Below are positions 24,352-36,587 of a stretch of DNA of 64,000 nucleotides, piece after piece (within the stretch, counting starts at the first letter, position 1; each line of letters starts with the position of its first letter). The position numbers and the translations under genes were made by a program. Origin of the DNA: Chara braunii (lineage: Eukaryota; Plantae; Charophyceae); NCBI GenBank assembly GCA_003427395.1, contig BFEA01000010.1, positions 7,052,077 through 7,116,076 of the forward strand, read 5' to 3'. Below the pieces are notes generated by a model. It was not told where the DNA came from, searched no databases, and saw only the letters and a list, made by a program, of their open reading frames with translations.

Positions 24352-25821
24352 GTTCAGTTCATGTAGCTCAGTGGTTAGAGCACCGGTTGGAAATGCGCAT
24401 TGTGGTATGAGGTTTCTGGTTCAAAACTCCACAGCCTCGTGCATGGACACCGGCAGGGCGTTAGAATGATGCACGGCTGGACACACATTCCCCTGGGCTG
24501 ACGCCTGGTACTATTACAGACACTGCCTGCACACCACCTAGGGGGCCAGTCCATGGGTGTTGTATGCTGGTCTAGAGTTCACGTTGGTTGCTTGTTGTTG
24601 TTGGCTTTGGTCGCTCTGATAATCTCCCCCAGCCTACATATTTCACACATTCTATTCACTTCCTAAGGTAGTGCATGTGGTAGAACCCTCCAGTCTCATA
24701 CTATAGGTTACAGGTTCGAGTCCGGTCTTGGACTTTGGGATGGGTCCTGTCCAGATAGGCGTGTCTCTACCGCATGTTACATCACACACATGATAGACAC
24801 CACCCACATACGAGACACTACCCCAACTTCACACACACACACACATGATAGACACTACCGAAGATACTGACTACAGGTATAACCACGATAAGCTGATCGG
24901 AGGGATGAGGTTGGGGGCTAGTGGAAGGACGGATAATGGCCCACCACTTACTGAGTCTGTAGTCTGTCCCTTCCTGATCCTTATAAGAAGTACCTGGCCG
25001 ATGACCGGATTCTGCTTATAGGTGGGAGACAGTCTCTACTGAGGATAGAGCAAGTAGGCATGGGGTCCTTTAGGGGGGGAGGAGCCTCAGCCGATGATCG
25101 GATCTGGAGGAGGGTTGTCTATTCGTTGGCAACAGATTAAGGGCGCATAGGGTCGCCCCTCCGCTGCGTCGAGGCAAGGTGTTTCTAGGGCGCCTATACA
25201 TACTACCTACACATGGCTCACACATGCACTGGTAGAGGTGATACGAGCACCTCTCACTAGTATTCTCTTCGCAGATGCTCCGCGGTGGGGAGCAGCGTCA
25301 GCCACGGGTCCATGCACATTACAAACATACACATAGCCTATAGGCACACACCTATAATACCGAACACACACACATGCTTAACCATAGGGGCTGGGAGGAG
25401 GTCACGACCAACTAATAATAAGCGTCTCGATGATAAGAGAGGGCGTGAGTTACTAGTTGGTCTACTTAGGGGCTAATAGGTGATTGCTTGAGCCTGGCGT
25501 CCGAAGTTCCCGTACGACGAGGCTCGTTCGACTGCGCTTCCACCAGGGCTGGGTTACTAGCCCTGGTGCCTGTCACTACTATTCGGTCCAAGTTCCCCTC
25601 GATGGTAGGGTAATGGTCCTGAGTGCTGGTCACACTGAGGTAGGACAGTAGGAATAGGGGGTGCGCTAGGAGTATCGACGTGGGGATGGGATGGGAGGTA
25701 GCCCCGTCTCTTCAGGGCAATCATGGCTGACAACTTCCGGCGATCAATATGAGCCTAGTAACTGGCCTCTACAACACCCTGGACTTTTAGGGAACAAAAA
25801 AAAAAAAAAAAAAAAAAAAAA
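24352..25821 (+). mobile_element. Long (1.47 kb) tRNA-derived SINE-like retroposon
   Basis: A box TAGCTCAGTGG (24364-24374), B-box-like GGTTCAAAACTCC (24418-24430), poly(A) ending 25821. 16-bp TSD aggaaaacttggagac (24336-24351) / aggaaagcttggagac (25822-25837). No long ORF. Confidence 0.88.
24661..24733 (+). other. Second, internal tRNA-like module of the SINE (CAT anticodon-like loop); probably not a functional tRNA
   Basis: TAGTGCATGTGGTAGA A-box-like, CTCATAC loop, GGTTCGAGTCC B box (24713-24723), partial acceptor pairing tcctaag/cttgga. Confidence 0.6.
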
Positions 25822-28589
25822 AGGAAAGCTTGGAGACAGAATGGCATCTTCACCCCTTTAAACAGGGCGCCTCTTCTAGCTTGGTATGTCTAGCACTTTC
25901 CATCTCCATGAGCGTGAGAATAATGTAATTTTGTAAAGAAGATGAGTAATGTATAAGGTCTTTTGCTGGTAGATGCTGTCTGTTCCTTCCATCTCGTCCT
26001 AGCCAAACTCCCGAACTTCATGTGCTCCCATAAACGCCATTGAAGTTGTTCCCCCCCGGGAGGCACCGGGGGTGATGGATGGTGGGTCTTGTCTCGCGGC
26101 AGCAGCTGTGATCACATCTGAACTTCTGCCAGGGAAAGGGGGTGGGGTGGGAAAGGGTCAGGGAAATCTGATGGTGGTCTCATTGGGAAGGAGGGTTCAA
26201 TAGTGGTCCAGTCATTGAATATTAAACGGTAGTCCCTGGGTGGGCCCTGTCTCGCTGAGTCACCCTGGTCACCCCCCCATTCAACCCGAGCTATCCACCC
26301 CTCCCGTTGGCCCCCTAGCCAGTCCATGCAGAATGTTGTAATTGCCTGCTTAATGTCATGTTCGGTCTGAAAGATGTCAAGTCGTAATTTGAGGGTTTGC
26401 CATCTGCGTATTAATTCCAGTTGGACTTGCTCTTTGATTTGCTCTATTAGCTCAGACCCCTCTATTTTCACTCCTTCCAGCGCCAGGAGGCAGCGTTGCC
26501 ACCAAAGGGCCCAGAGAATTGATCGCCTTCCTAGACTGTACAGGTTGTTTATGAAGTTAGGGGAGACCGCCATTGCTGGACAATGTCCTGTTAGTATGGA
26601 CTGCCAGGACCATGGCCAGTGGGTGTTTGACACTATTTTTGCGCCATATGCGGTCCCACCATCGCCACGTAAATAATGCCACCGGGCATTGCATAAAAAT
26701 ATGTTCTATAGTCTCCTCCCGCTTGCGTGATGAAAAGGCGCTTATGCACCTTTGGCACCACGGGAGTGCCTTCCCTTTTTGTTCAGGCAGGTGTGGTCGA
26801 TCAACCAAGCATTTGTCGGAAGGCAGCGATGCACGATCTGCCATTGTAAGGACGTGACCTTCGCCAGTCTAACTTTACCCTCTTGGAACCATCGGATGGG
26901 TGTAAGGAGAGCCCAATCAACATTAAGGTGTCTGGCCCACCTGTCAATGATCCGGTCACGTTGGGGTCTTTTGGGTCGGAGCATCCTATACATGGATTTG
27001 ACCGATAGATTATGAAGCTGGACTGCTTTTCGAGGTACGGCGGTTGGGCCTCTGGCTGTCTACCATTGCCATTCATGGGGCTCAATGGGCAGATCCTGGA
27101 TGGGCGTCCGGGGCTGGAAGGGGATGGCCTCGTCCCCTTCTCCTATCACCCTTATTCAGAACAACCCAGTTTTTATCCCACCATTGAAAAGGGTCGCAGG
27201 ATTCTTGGAGTGTGCCCCTTGGGCCTATCTTAAAGTGTTATACCAGTACATCCGAGGGACGTGTCATGTGGACTCTGCCAATCTGATTTAGGTCCCCTGG
27301 CAGGGTGACCCAGTCTCCTTCCTGTAGTGTGGGCCCTCTCTTCAGCAGTCTGTACCGTGCTAGCGGGACCGCCTCAATGATCATTTTCAGGTGACTGTCT
27401 GTGTGGTGGCAGTACCGGAGGGTATCATGAAGTTGGGTTGCTGTCTTCCAGTCGTTCCTTTCGTTGTCCCATAGGTGGCCGACTCGAAGTACCCCATGTT
27501 TGACCCATCCTTTCCATGGGGCCACAGAGCTACAGAGAACTCGACCATGGCGGGGTGCAATCCTCCGATTTTCGAAGAGGGGCTGACGGTAAACCTCTTC
27601 CCACCGCTCCAGGTTTTGTGCATCAAGGAGGGGGTGATGACTCCAACTCTTCAAGAGTGTGGGCCAAAGTTTTTCCACCGGACTGCCTTGGATTTTGCGG
27701 GGGATCGACCAGTAGCGATCCTCCAGCCATGTTAAGGGGTGCATCGCTGCAGGGGTCGATGGGGCCAAGCGGGCGATGTGCTCAAGAGCCAAGGTCTGCC
27801 AAGGGCAATCTGCAGCGAATATAAGTTTTTCCAACCACTTTAGGCGGAGAGCTTGGGTCTGTGTTGGCGGGTCTATAATTCCTAGGCCTCCCCCCGTTTT
27901 TGGTTGTACGATTGTTTCCCACGCCACCCGACTAATTACATTGGCTCGTTCGTCATCCCCCCGCCATAAGAAGGCTACAACCTTGGCTTTGAGGGTCTGG
28001 TAAGCAGCTTTGCTTAATTGCCATAGAACCGACTTATACCACAATGTGGCAAACATAACATTGTTAATCGCCAGTGTGCGGCCGAAGATGGAAGTATGTT
28101 TGTTCCGCCACTTGGCCAATTTGGCGAGTGTTGGTGCACAGATCCAGTCGTCGTTGGTCTAGGGAAGCCCTAGGGCCGTCATGGTGACCCCTAGGACACA
28201 GATTGGTGCTTCCAGAGGAAGCCATGATATCCTGGGAGAGTCCGACGGGCGTCCCCCTTGGTGGTGGATCCACCATCCTTGGGTTTTACTCCCCCAGTTC
28301 ACCACCATGTCAAAGACCTGAGTGAACATGTCCATTAGTCTTTCGATTTCCTCCACATTTTTTTGTGTGGCATCGACCATAATCGTGACGTCATCCACAA
28401 ACAGGGAACACACCGAAATGGCCTCATCGGGAATCCTAGCAATCCTGACTCTAGCAATGTCTCTGTTGGTTCGGAGGTTCGCCGACAGGGATTCCGTGAT
28501 GACAAGGAAGAGGAAGGGCACAATTGGATCACCTTGCCGGACCGATTTCTCAAGTCGGATTGGGGGTGTCAGGAAGGGGAAGGTGGTGG

Positions 28590-28590
<1 letters not shown>

Positions 28591-28663
<73 letters not shown>
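28591..28663. repeat. (TG)n microsatellite bordering a gap
   Basis: Directly visible. Confidence 0.95.
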
Positions 28664-29373
28664 NNNNNNNNNNNNNNNNNNNNNNNNNNNNNNNNNNNNN
28701 NNNNNNNNNNNNNNNNNNNNNNNNNNNNNNNNNNNNNNNNNNNNNNNNNNNNNNNNNNNNNNNNNNNNNNNNNNNNNNNNNNNNNNNNNNNNNNNNNNNN
28801 NNNNNNNNNNNNNNNNNNNNNNNNNNNNNNNNNNNNNNNNNNNNNNNNNNNNNNNNNNNNNNNNNNNNNNNNNNNNNNNNNNNNNNNNNNNNNNNNNNNN
28901 NNNNNNNNNNNNNNNNNNNNNNNNNNNNNNNNNNNNNNNNNNNNNNNNNNNNNNNNNNNNNNNNNNNNNNNNNNNNNNNNNNNNNNNNNNNNNNNNNNNN
29001 NNNNNNNNNNNNNNNNNNNNNNNNNNNNNNNNNNNNNNNNNNNNNNNNNNNNNNNNNNNNNNNNNNNNNNNNNNNNNNNNNNNNNNNNNNNNNNNNNNNN
29101 NNNNNNNNNNNNNNNNNNNNNNNNNNNNNNNNNNNNNNNNNNNNNNNNNNNNNNNNNNNNNNNNNNNNNNNNNNNNNNNNNNNNNNNNNNNNNNNNNNNN
29201 NNNNNNNNNNNNNNNNNNNNNNNNNNNNNNNNNNNNNNNNNNNNNNNNNNNNNNNNNNNNNNNNNNNNNNNNNNNNNNNNNNNNNNNNNNNNNNNNNNNN
29301 NNNNNNNNNNNNNNNNNNNNNNNNNNNNNNNNNNNNNNNNNNNNNNNNNNNNNNNNNNNNNNNNNNNNNNNNN

Positions 29374-32300
29374 AGAATCATTAAAGAATGCAATCATCAA
29401 ACATGGCAATGCAAGGAAGCAACTGACTGACTCAAGCAAAGACAAAGTCAGATGAGGGAAGAATGAGAACTCATAATAGTCTCAAAGAGTACATATGGAA
29501 GAGAGCATGGCCGGCACCAGTCCGGAGTCCTCACTCATCCCTCTGAATCTCTCACTCGCTTTCTCACTTTGTTGTACGTTTCTTGTGCCTCGAGCCATGT
29601 CCCCGTACTTTCTGAGTCTGTGACCTCTGAATGTAGACACCTGAAGCCTGCTAGTTCCGAGCACTTCCATCCAAGTCCCATGATACGGAAGTCAACCGTG
29701 GCATAAAACTCCTCTAATAGTGTAGGAAGGTATGGCTGGGAGAAGATACCCCGTCTGAGATGTGGGAACTCGGAAGGTTCGGTCACTGCCTCGTAATCGA
29801 TCTTTGCAGGAGAGATGTACCTCTTGGCCAAATTAATCAGGTCACNCCAGTGAGAGTCGTCTGTCAGAGTAAAAGGTACTGGAGGTCTGGGATAGTCGGA
29901 GTAGAGCTTTGGTCTGAAGCTGCGGATCAGCTTAGCACCGCTCTCATCGAGCTCCTTCTCTCTCTCCTCAAGGTACCCTGCGGCCACGGTCCAGACTGAG
30001 TCAAAATGCTCATGAGTCTCCTTGCCTTTCCTCAAGTAAGGTCTCAGGTCATGAACAGTTCCTTCTGCAAAGACAGTGAGGACAACGAAGATTGACAGAT
30101 CCTCCCATTTGAAACCCACGACACTAACATACTGGTAATGAAAGGCCTCCTTGAGCGCAATCTGATTAAGGGTTGTCAGAACCGACTTGCTGACGGAGTG
30201 AGACTGAATTGTACTCATGTGGTGAGTTGGATGCTAGAATCGACCTCTATGTCCTTTTGTAATGTCTGATTCTCAGATTAATACTGATCTCTGATGCAAT
30301 TAAGAAAGAATGAATATTGACTGAGTGTTGATTTTATGTTAGTTGGACACTTACGGGATAGTGAATCACTAGTCTCTTAGCACTCAGACGGTCGGAAAAG
30401 ATTGCAGACCTCGAGGTGGCACTAGAGAACTTGAGTTGCCAGTTGATTTCTGACTGAAGGTTTCAAGTAATTCGAACGATTAAATGTAGATTGAATGTTG
30501 GCTGAGTGACGATCAGTCTTTGCAGAAATTCCTGGGTAGTTCGAACAACCAGACTGCACTCGTGCACAGGCGTGAGTATGGGGGGCATGTCTCTGTGTCC
30601 ATCGTTGGGCAACATGGTCTGAATTGATACTTTTCTCCAGCACGAGTGGTAGATGGATACAAAAATGAATAAATAACATCTGACCCTGAATTGAGAATTT
30701 TTTGATCGCCCCTTTCCTGTGACTCCGTGTTATTGAGTAGATAGGTCACTAAGTGTCACTCATCTTGCGTGCCACTGAATGCAGTTTATCCATTCAAGGG
30801 GGCGGGGATTGTTGAACGTTGCTCACCTGATGGCACAACATAGTACCGTTCACTTAGTAGCGTGACACTGAGTGAGGGAACACAAGCAACTGAGCGTTAC
30901 TTCAAGTTTTTAACCAGTTATGGTTGCCGAGAGAGAGGGTCGAGCACTCCTAAGCCCTCTAGGGACCCCCTCCTGGCCTGTTCAATCACCTCTAGATATG
31001 AGTAGGTTCCGAGCAGTTTTCCATCAGGTCCATAGGATCGTATAGTATATTTAATGCTTCTCTGGGTTTTTACCAATTTTAATGCAAGTCTCTCATTAAC
31101 CTTATGTGACACTCGAGATCTTTGGGTGTTTCTTCCTTCCAAGCCCCTCGATTTATATTGATAGAGTGCAAGGGATATCAAAAAACCTTTTTCGCCACCC
31201 ATGCTTATTCCATGCTATTTTCCCGAGCAGCCTGTCGGGTATAAAAAAAAAAAGGTTTTGATTGCTTTCCGCACCGAGCTTAGTCATCAACGACTTGCTC
31301 CTCCACGGTACATCTGCCAGGACCGTTCCTTAGTCCAATTGGAGATTGCAGAAGCTCCCCTAGTCACCAGTACCTTCAACGGTGTATAACATTACCAAGT
31401 ATAACCCTTTTCATATTGTTATTCGAAGTTCAATCCTAAGGTGTGACACTACAGGCGGTGGTATCTGTTGAGTGATGAAGCTCTGTTGGGAAGATCAGAC
31501 GATGACTGAGTAAAGGGAGCTGAAGCAGGGTGGCCCCGACTCTACAACGGCTCATAGGGTCAGGGCTAGTCCCCTCAAAGTAGATCACTCCCCACAAATT
31601 ATGAGTAGTGATCCCTCGGTGTCTGCATGCGTTAGGTGCAGCATACGGCGTCGACAGGGTTGCAAGCAAAACACATCAGACAACAAACTCAACTTAAATG
31701 ACTCATGAAGAGCTGGCTAGCACGACCCATAACCAAAATTGGTACAGTACCTCTTTTGGTTGGCATCCTCGCCAATACACGGGGAAATGATGTCAAACCA
31801 AACGTGACTAGATGATTATATGAGGCCGTTGGAATAATGCATAAGACTCCGTTTCCGAGTATTAGATCATTTGATGTCCACTCTCGCGAGTTCGCTTTCA
31901 ACTCGTTCTCACTTCCCCGATAAAAGTCAATTGTCATAAAATAAAACAGAATGAAACAAAATAAAACAAAATTAAACACAATCAAGGGCTGCAATCATCA
32001 GCAGCGTATGACCATCACCTCTCAGAGCACTGATCCACACTTAGTATTCCTAGGCACTTTTACTAAGTTCACTCCCTTCCCAACCTGAGACGCGTGGGAA
32101 CTTTCGGTCACCAAGCTAAACTCAGTTTTTTGTGCTCATCTGACTTCAAGGAACTGTCAGCAGTCAAAATCGGTGCCAATCACTTATGACTGCGACTGTC
32201 TCGAGCAACTACAGCCAAAGATCATATTACTTTTAGTCACCATCCAACAGATACTTTGCCAGTAGGTAGGCGATCCTACGAGATGATGATGATCTACTAC

Positions 32301-35300
32301 CCATCAGGGGTAACGACAAAAAAAAAGGACAACGAAAACCGAAGGAAACACGCTCAAATAGGGCCCTTTTCAGGATCAACTCATACAGTTTTCATTGGAC
32401 TTTGTCACATTTTACTTCTCACCATGAACGTGTTGTATAAATCTGAGACTTGTGACACTATCTGCCCGTTTTAACAGGCACCACTTCGACGGCAAGTCCA
32501 CCGAAAACACCAAAAGAAAACATGGGATGAACTCAACTTTGCATTTCGAGTGACGTACAAACTGACAGGGGAAATACTAATTACTGTAATTAAAATTGAC
32601 TTATGTATTACAAAATTATGTGTCAGCTCAAGTTGGTCGTACCCTCTTCACCGAAACTAGAGCACGCATAACACATGGATGACCAGAGTCGTTAATGACT
32701 CATCCGCTTGACAACCATGTTTACTTGGTTTCGTGGTTTTACCTTACAGTCAGTGTTCAAGTCCCTTATCCAGAAGAATACACCAGAACTATAGGGAGCT
32801 TCATAATAAAGGACCCTGTACAACGTTCTTCGTTGTCCATTATCACTGTTAACTGTGATAGAGGGAGAGATGGGAAAGACACGCAGAACGAGCCAAGTGC
32901 AGGTCCGAGTAACCTCAAACACAACTATTCCATATTACTAACCGTTAAACCTTATTCGTTCCTGGCAGCATCAAACCTTCTCAGATCACTAACTTGCGTT
33001 CGGGTTGTCTTGACGAGGCGGAGCCATGGACAATGAGTTCGACTAGTTTGTGTCGGGATTTTTAGTGATGTCAATAAGATTGCTTCCCTCCCTCCTTTAC
33101 ATGAGTGCGCGTCGACACGGTGCACAAAGATCCTCTCGCAAAACAAACCTCACACAAGTACCTATCCTCCTCCGCACGTACATTGTCATGGCCTCAATCG
33201 CTCAGTCGTTTCAAGGAATCGTACCGCCTCATGGCACAACCGGAAAAGATGAGTAACAACTCTTGTACTAAGGGACAACTTCTTGGAAAGTTTCTCGTTT
33301 CCTCCCGTAGATTGCTCGCACAAGCTAGTCCCTTCTCTTACCAGCACTCGACTAGGCAAGGCATAGTTTCCCTTATATCAAACAACGAAGTCATTCGCAC
33401 CGAGTTGGCGGTGTCAACAAAGAAACACAGAAGCCCCCCCCTCTCTTCCTCTTCAGACAACAGTAAGGTATGACCCTGATTACTCTCGCGGAGTGGGAGA
33501 TGAGCAGCAAGCCCCTCCTCCGTTCAAAGGTCAGAGTGGGAATTTGTGAGACTGTTAGCAAGGATCGAGGTCTGACGAGACAGAAGGCACCAGGGAAAAG
33601 AAGGTAGCTAGCGTCAACCGAGGCACCCAGTCTTCAAAGCGTGCAAGGTTCTCGCTACCCTTACTTCCACTCCATGCCCACACGCGCTCAAACCCTCGTC
33701 ATAACTACTAGGACGGAAGCCATCCCCCTTTTCTTTGACGTCTGAGGAACAAGCTCTCCTTCACCAGGTATGCAACAGGCATCCCGGTTAGCAGACAACA
33801 TCAATAATAACATCATAGCTCAGGGGCAACCCCGTTCTCTCTCTCTGTATCTGACCCCACTCGCACTCCCTCTCATCTTCTCTCTTCTCCTAATCGTGAC
33901 TACATGTCTCTTCGTCAGTGATGATGTCAACGGCGAAGCTGTACATGTGTCTCTCTCTCTCTCGTCTAATTCACCTCTTCCGTTCTTGAGCGTGCCCTTC
34001 GCACGAGCAGCCGTCCCGTAACTGCCTCACGACCTACTGCCCATCTCGACTCTGGGCCGAGCTGACTTCTTGGCCGTATTCCCCTGTCCCCGCCAATGGG
34101 TGGTTCTTCTGGATCTGATCCAGCCCATGCCAGGACTGGGTCTGATCCTCCCGGTCGCTAGCCTCGCTTTCTGCCTCGGAGTCACGGTCCAGGTGTTGCT
34201 GCTCCCGTTCCGCTGTATCAGGCGAAGTCCCCGCCTCTAGGTACGATACGGTCACTTTTTATTCGTCCGTGACTCCATCCCTTCTACACCTTCTTTTACA
34301 CGCGGTCCCTGGCCTCTGTAATTGCCATCTGCAGGCCTGGGTCCGCCCTCATCTCTTCCTCTTTTCCCCCTTCTACATTTATCTTTAGTTTCGCCTCTTG
34401 CCTGCCGTAGCTGTAGTCCAGCACGACCGTCACAGTAGGCCCTTCGCCGGACATCCACTCCTATTTCCACAGAAACTGAAGGCACCTTGGCCTATACCCA
34501 TACAGCCCACTGTTGTGTACCATAGTTGCACCCCCCCCTTTTTGATAGGTAATATATGGAACTTGGACACCGACCCTAGAAACACTCTGGGCTTAACACT
34601 CCCCGCACGCGCCTTCGGCATAGTGCGTCACTTCCGCCCAGTCGCTCAGCCCTCTCTTCAATTCACCAACGAGTAGCGAGGAGAGGCTACCAATGGCCGG
34701 GTAACCAGAAGCTCATCTCCTTCTCCTTTATACGATCGCCATTTGCCGCGACCCCGACGTTCTGAACGAGGGATCCAAACAAACTTCTCAGGATTACACC
34801 CCCTTTTGATTTTGTAATTGCACAAAAAAAATATTAAGGCAGTACGCCTACGGTTATAGGGCCTGCTATTGAGTGAAAAGACCGCAAGACTTAGCGCGGT
34901 GGTCCCATAACGGGATACTGACTGACGCTCTTGTCCCTTTAAAATGAGTCGTCGGCCTAACTCTATCGGGTACCCGTGCCCGATGGCAAGGAGGGGGCTT
35001 ATGACCCTCCATGGGGGGTAATAGGCTCCCTACCGATGCGGTTGTGGGTCGCCCCTCTTTTGGGGTTCCGCTGAGCGATGCTCAGCCGGACAGATCGACT
35101 ACCGGGCGATACGTGAAAAGTCGGCCATTCCAGGCCACCAAGCGCCAATCGGGGTTCAAAAATGGACCGCTCGCGCTCCTTCCCGCGAAGTGACGGAAGG
35201 TCAAGAGAAAAAACAAACTCCAAAAACAACTAATAAATTTAACTAGGATAATAATAACAATAATAATATTAATAAAAGTAAAAATAATAATAGAAAGAAA

Positions 35301-35815
35301 TCATAACACTGTGGCCAGAGGTCACTAGATCGTCTCAAACAGAAGTGGGGGCCCAAATCCGTGCGTAGGTCCGACACTTAACTTCCCTTTTCTCTTCTTA
35401 CCCCCTTTCGCCTTTTTCTTTCTTTTCCTTTTACCTCCTTTCTGTTTCACTGTAACAGTTGGTCTTCATATCTAACCCATAACCTGGCAGAGGGCACTCA
35501 GTGCGCACTAGAAAAGACCGCGGCTGTCCCTCTACCTTCGCGTCCCTCGGCGAACCCAGCGGCTACCACGGCCACAGGCCGGTAGTGCCCTGCTGTACAG
35601 CAGGGTGCCGAGCCTGCGTGGACCAATGGAAAGCCCAGTGGCGCACTCTTTTTGCTGAGGGAAGGCACCAACTGGGCTAATCCATTGCTAGGTACGACTC
35701 AAGCATTCTAAGAGCATTGAAGAGGTTCGAGAATACGCAGACAAGAGTGACATCTATGTAAGGGCTGGTACTAAACAGGAACTTGGTAAACAGAGGAGGG
35801 TCGGGACATCGCGCC
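29374..35815 (-). repeat. 3' LTR copy (outer end lost in the gap; inner end uncertain)
   Basis: Matches 47043-53343 (offset 17669 at the start). Homology stops after gacatcgcgcc. Confidence 0.85.
29535..30218 (-). CDS. 227-aa hypothetical ORF embedded in the 3' LTR
   Basis: Open ATG-to-stop ORF (one ambiguous base) with globular-protein composition; shares motifs with the pre-gag repeats. Confidence 0.6.
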   Translation of the reverse strand: MSTIQSHSVSKSVLTTLNQIALKEAFHYQYVSVVGFKWEDLSIFVVLTVFAEGTVHDLRPYLRKGKETHEHFDSVWTVAAGYLEEREKELDESGAKLIRSFRPKLYSDYPRPPVPFTLTDDSHWXDLINLAKRYISPAKIDYEAVTEPSEFPHLRRGIFSQPYLPTLLEEFYATVDFRIMGLGWKCSELAGFRCLHSEVTDSESTGTWLEAQETYNKVRKRVRDSEG

Positions 35816-36122
35816 AGCGTCCCCGCTAGGTCTACGCACTTGCGCAGCAGGTATAAAATGACCTGCTCCGGTAGAGCACTCCACCTTTTCCGTCGAAACT
35901 CGTGGTGTAGTTCGTATTACAGCTTCCGTGCTAGCTGGTTTCTCGCACTCTCACGGCGTTCGCGTTCTTCTCTCTTACGACTCGCGGGAACTAGTGCGAT
36001 CTGTACAATCAATTTTCTTCTTTCTTTTTCTGCAGTCCGCAATTCCTTCACCACATTTCTCCTTAGTACGACGTTCTCTTGTCTCTCTCATTTTTCTCTT
36101 TGGTTACCTTCTCGTTTTCACC

Positions 36123-36587
36123 ATGCCTGAAGCACGTAAGGGACAGGGAAGAGGAAGGGGTGGTAGAGGTGGGAAGGCGCGTGAAGAACCGCTGGCTCGC
36201 ACGCGGCGTGAATATAGTTCGGAGAAGGAGGAAGATGAGCCGCGAGGTTATGGTGCTCATTCGAGACCTTACCCTCGCCACTTAATGCCAACGTGGTACG
36301 GAAGAACTCCATCCCCGGATAGGATGGAGTACTTCCAGAAGAAGTTCGAGGAGTGCTACGGCGCGCCCAGCACCTCTTCCCCTCCTTACACTCCCAGAGT
36401 CCCCATCACTCCCACGGCGAGCAGAGCCCTAGTGACCGTCCCTTTCGTTCCTTGCACTGCTTCCTGTACCCCTCATTCCAATGGTTGTACCCTCCTCTAC
36501 ATCTTCTTCCTTCTTTCTTTACTTCAAATTGAATTCATGGTCATCTTCTATATCATGTACAAACACGACTTTCTTTCAAATTTCTGA
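36123..36587 (+). CDS. Antisense ORF in the 3' internal region of the Gypsy element (RG-rich/acidic, Pro-rich)
   Basis: MPEARKGQGRGRGGRGGKAREE...; TATAAAA at 35852 upstream. Confidence 0.35.
   Translation: MPEARKGQGRGRGGRGGKAREEPLARTRREYSSEKEEDEPRGYGAHSRPYPRHLMPTWYGRTPSPDRMEYFQKKFEECYGAPSTSSPPYTPRVPITPTASRALVTVPFVPCTASCTPHSNGCTLLYIFFLLSLLQIEFMVIFYIMYKHDFLSNF

Larger units (their letters stand above)
24162..28590 (-). mobile_element. LINE-B (L1/Tx1-like): RT C-half, Cys-rich C-terminus, 3' UTR and poly(A); the UTR is interrupted by a SINE
   Basis: SVRQGDPIVPFLF, SLFVDD, GRTLAINNV, WETIVQPKTGGGLG, C..C......ETIEHIFMQCP. Stop at 26112, terminal motif 24195-24252, poly(T) 24162-24189. Confidence 0.9.

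Noticed and set aside
24352-24440. Functional tRNA gene
   Set aside because: A and B boxes are present, but there is no proper cloverleaf and it lies inside a TSD-flanked poly(A) retroposon.
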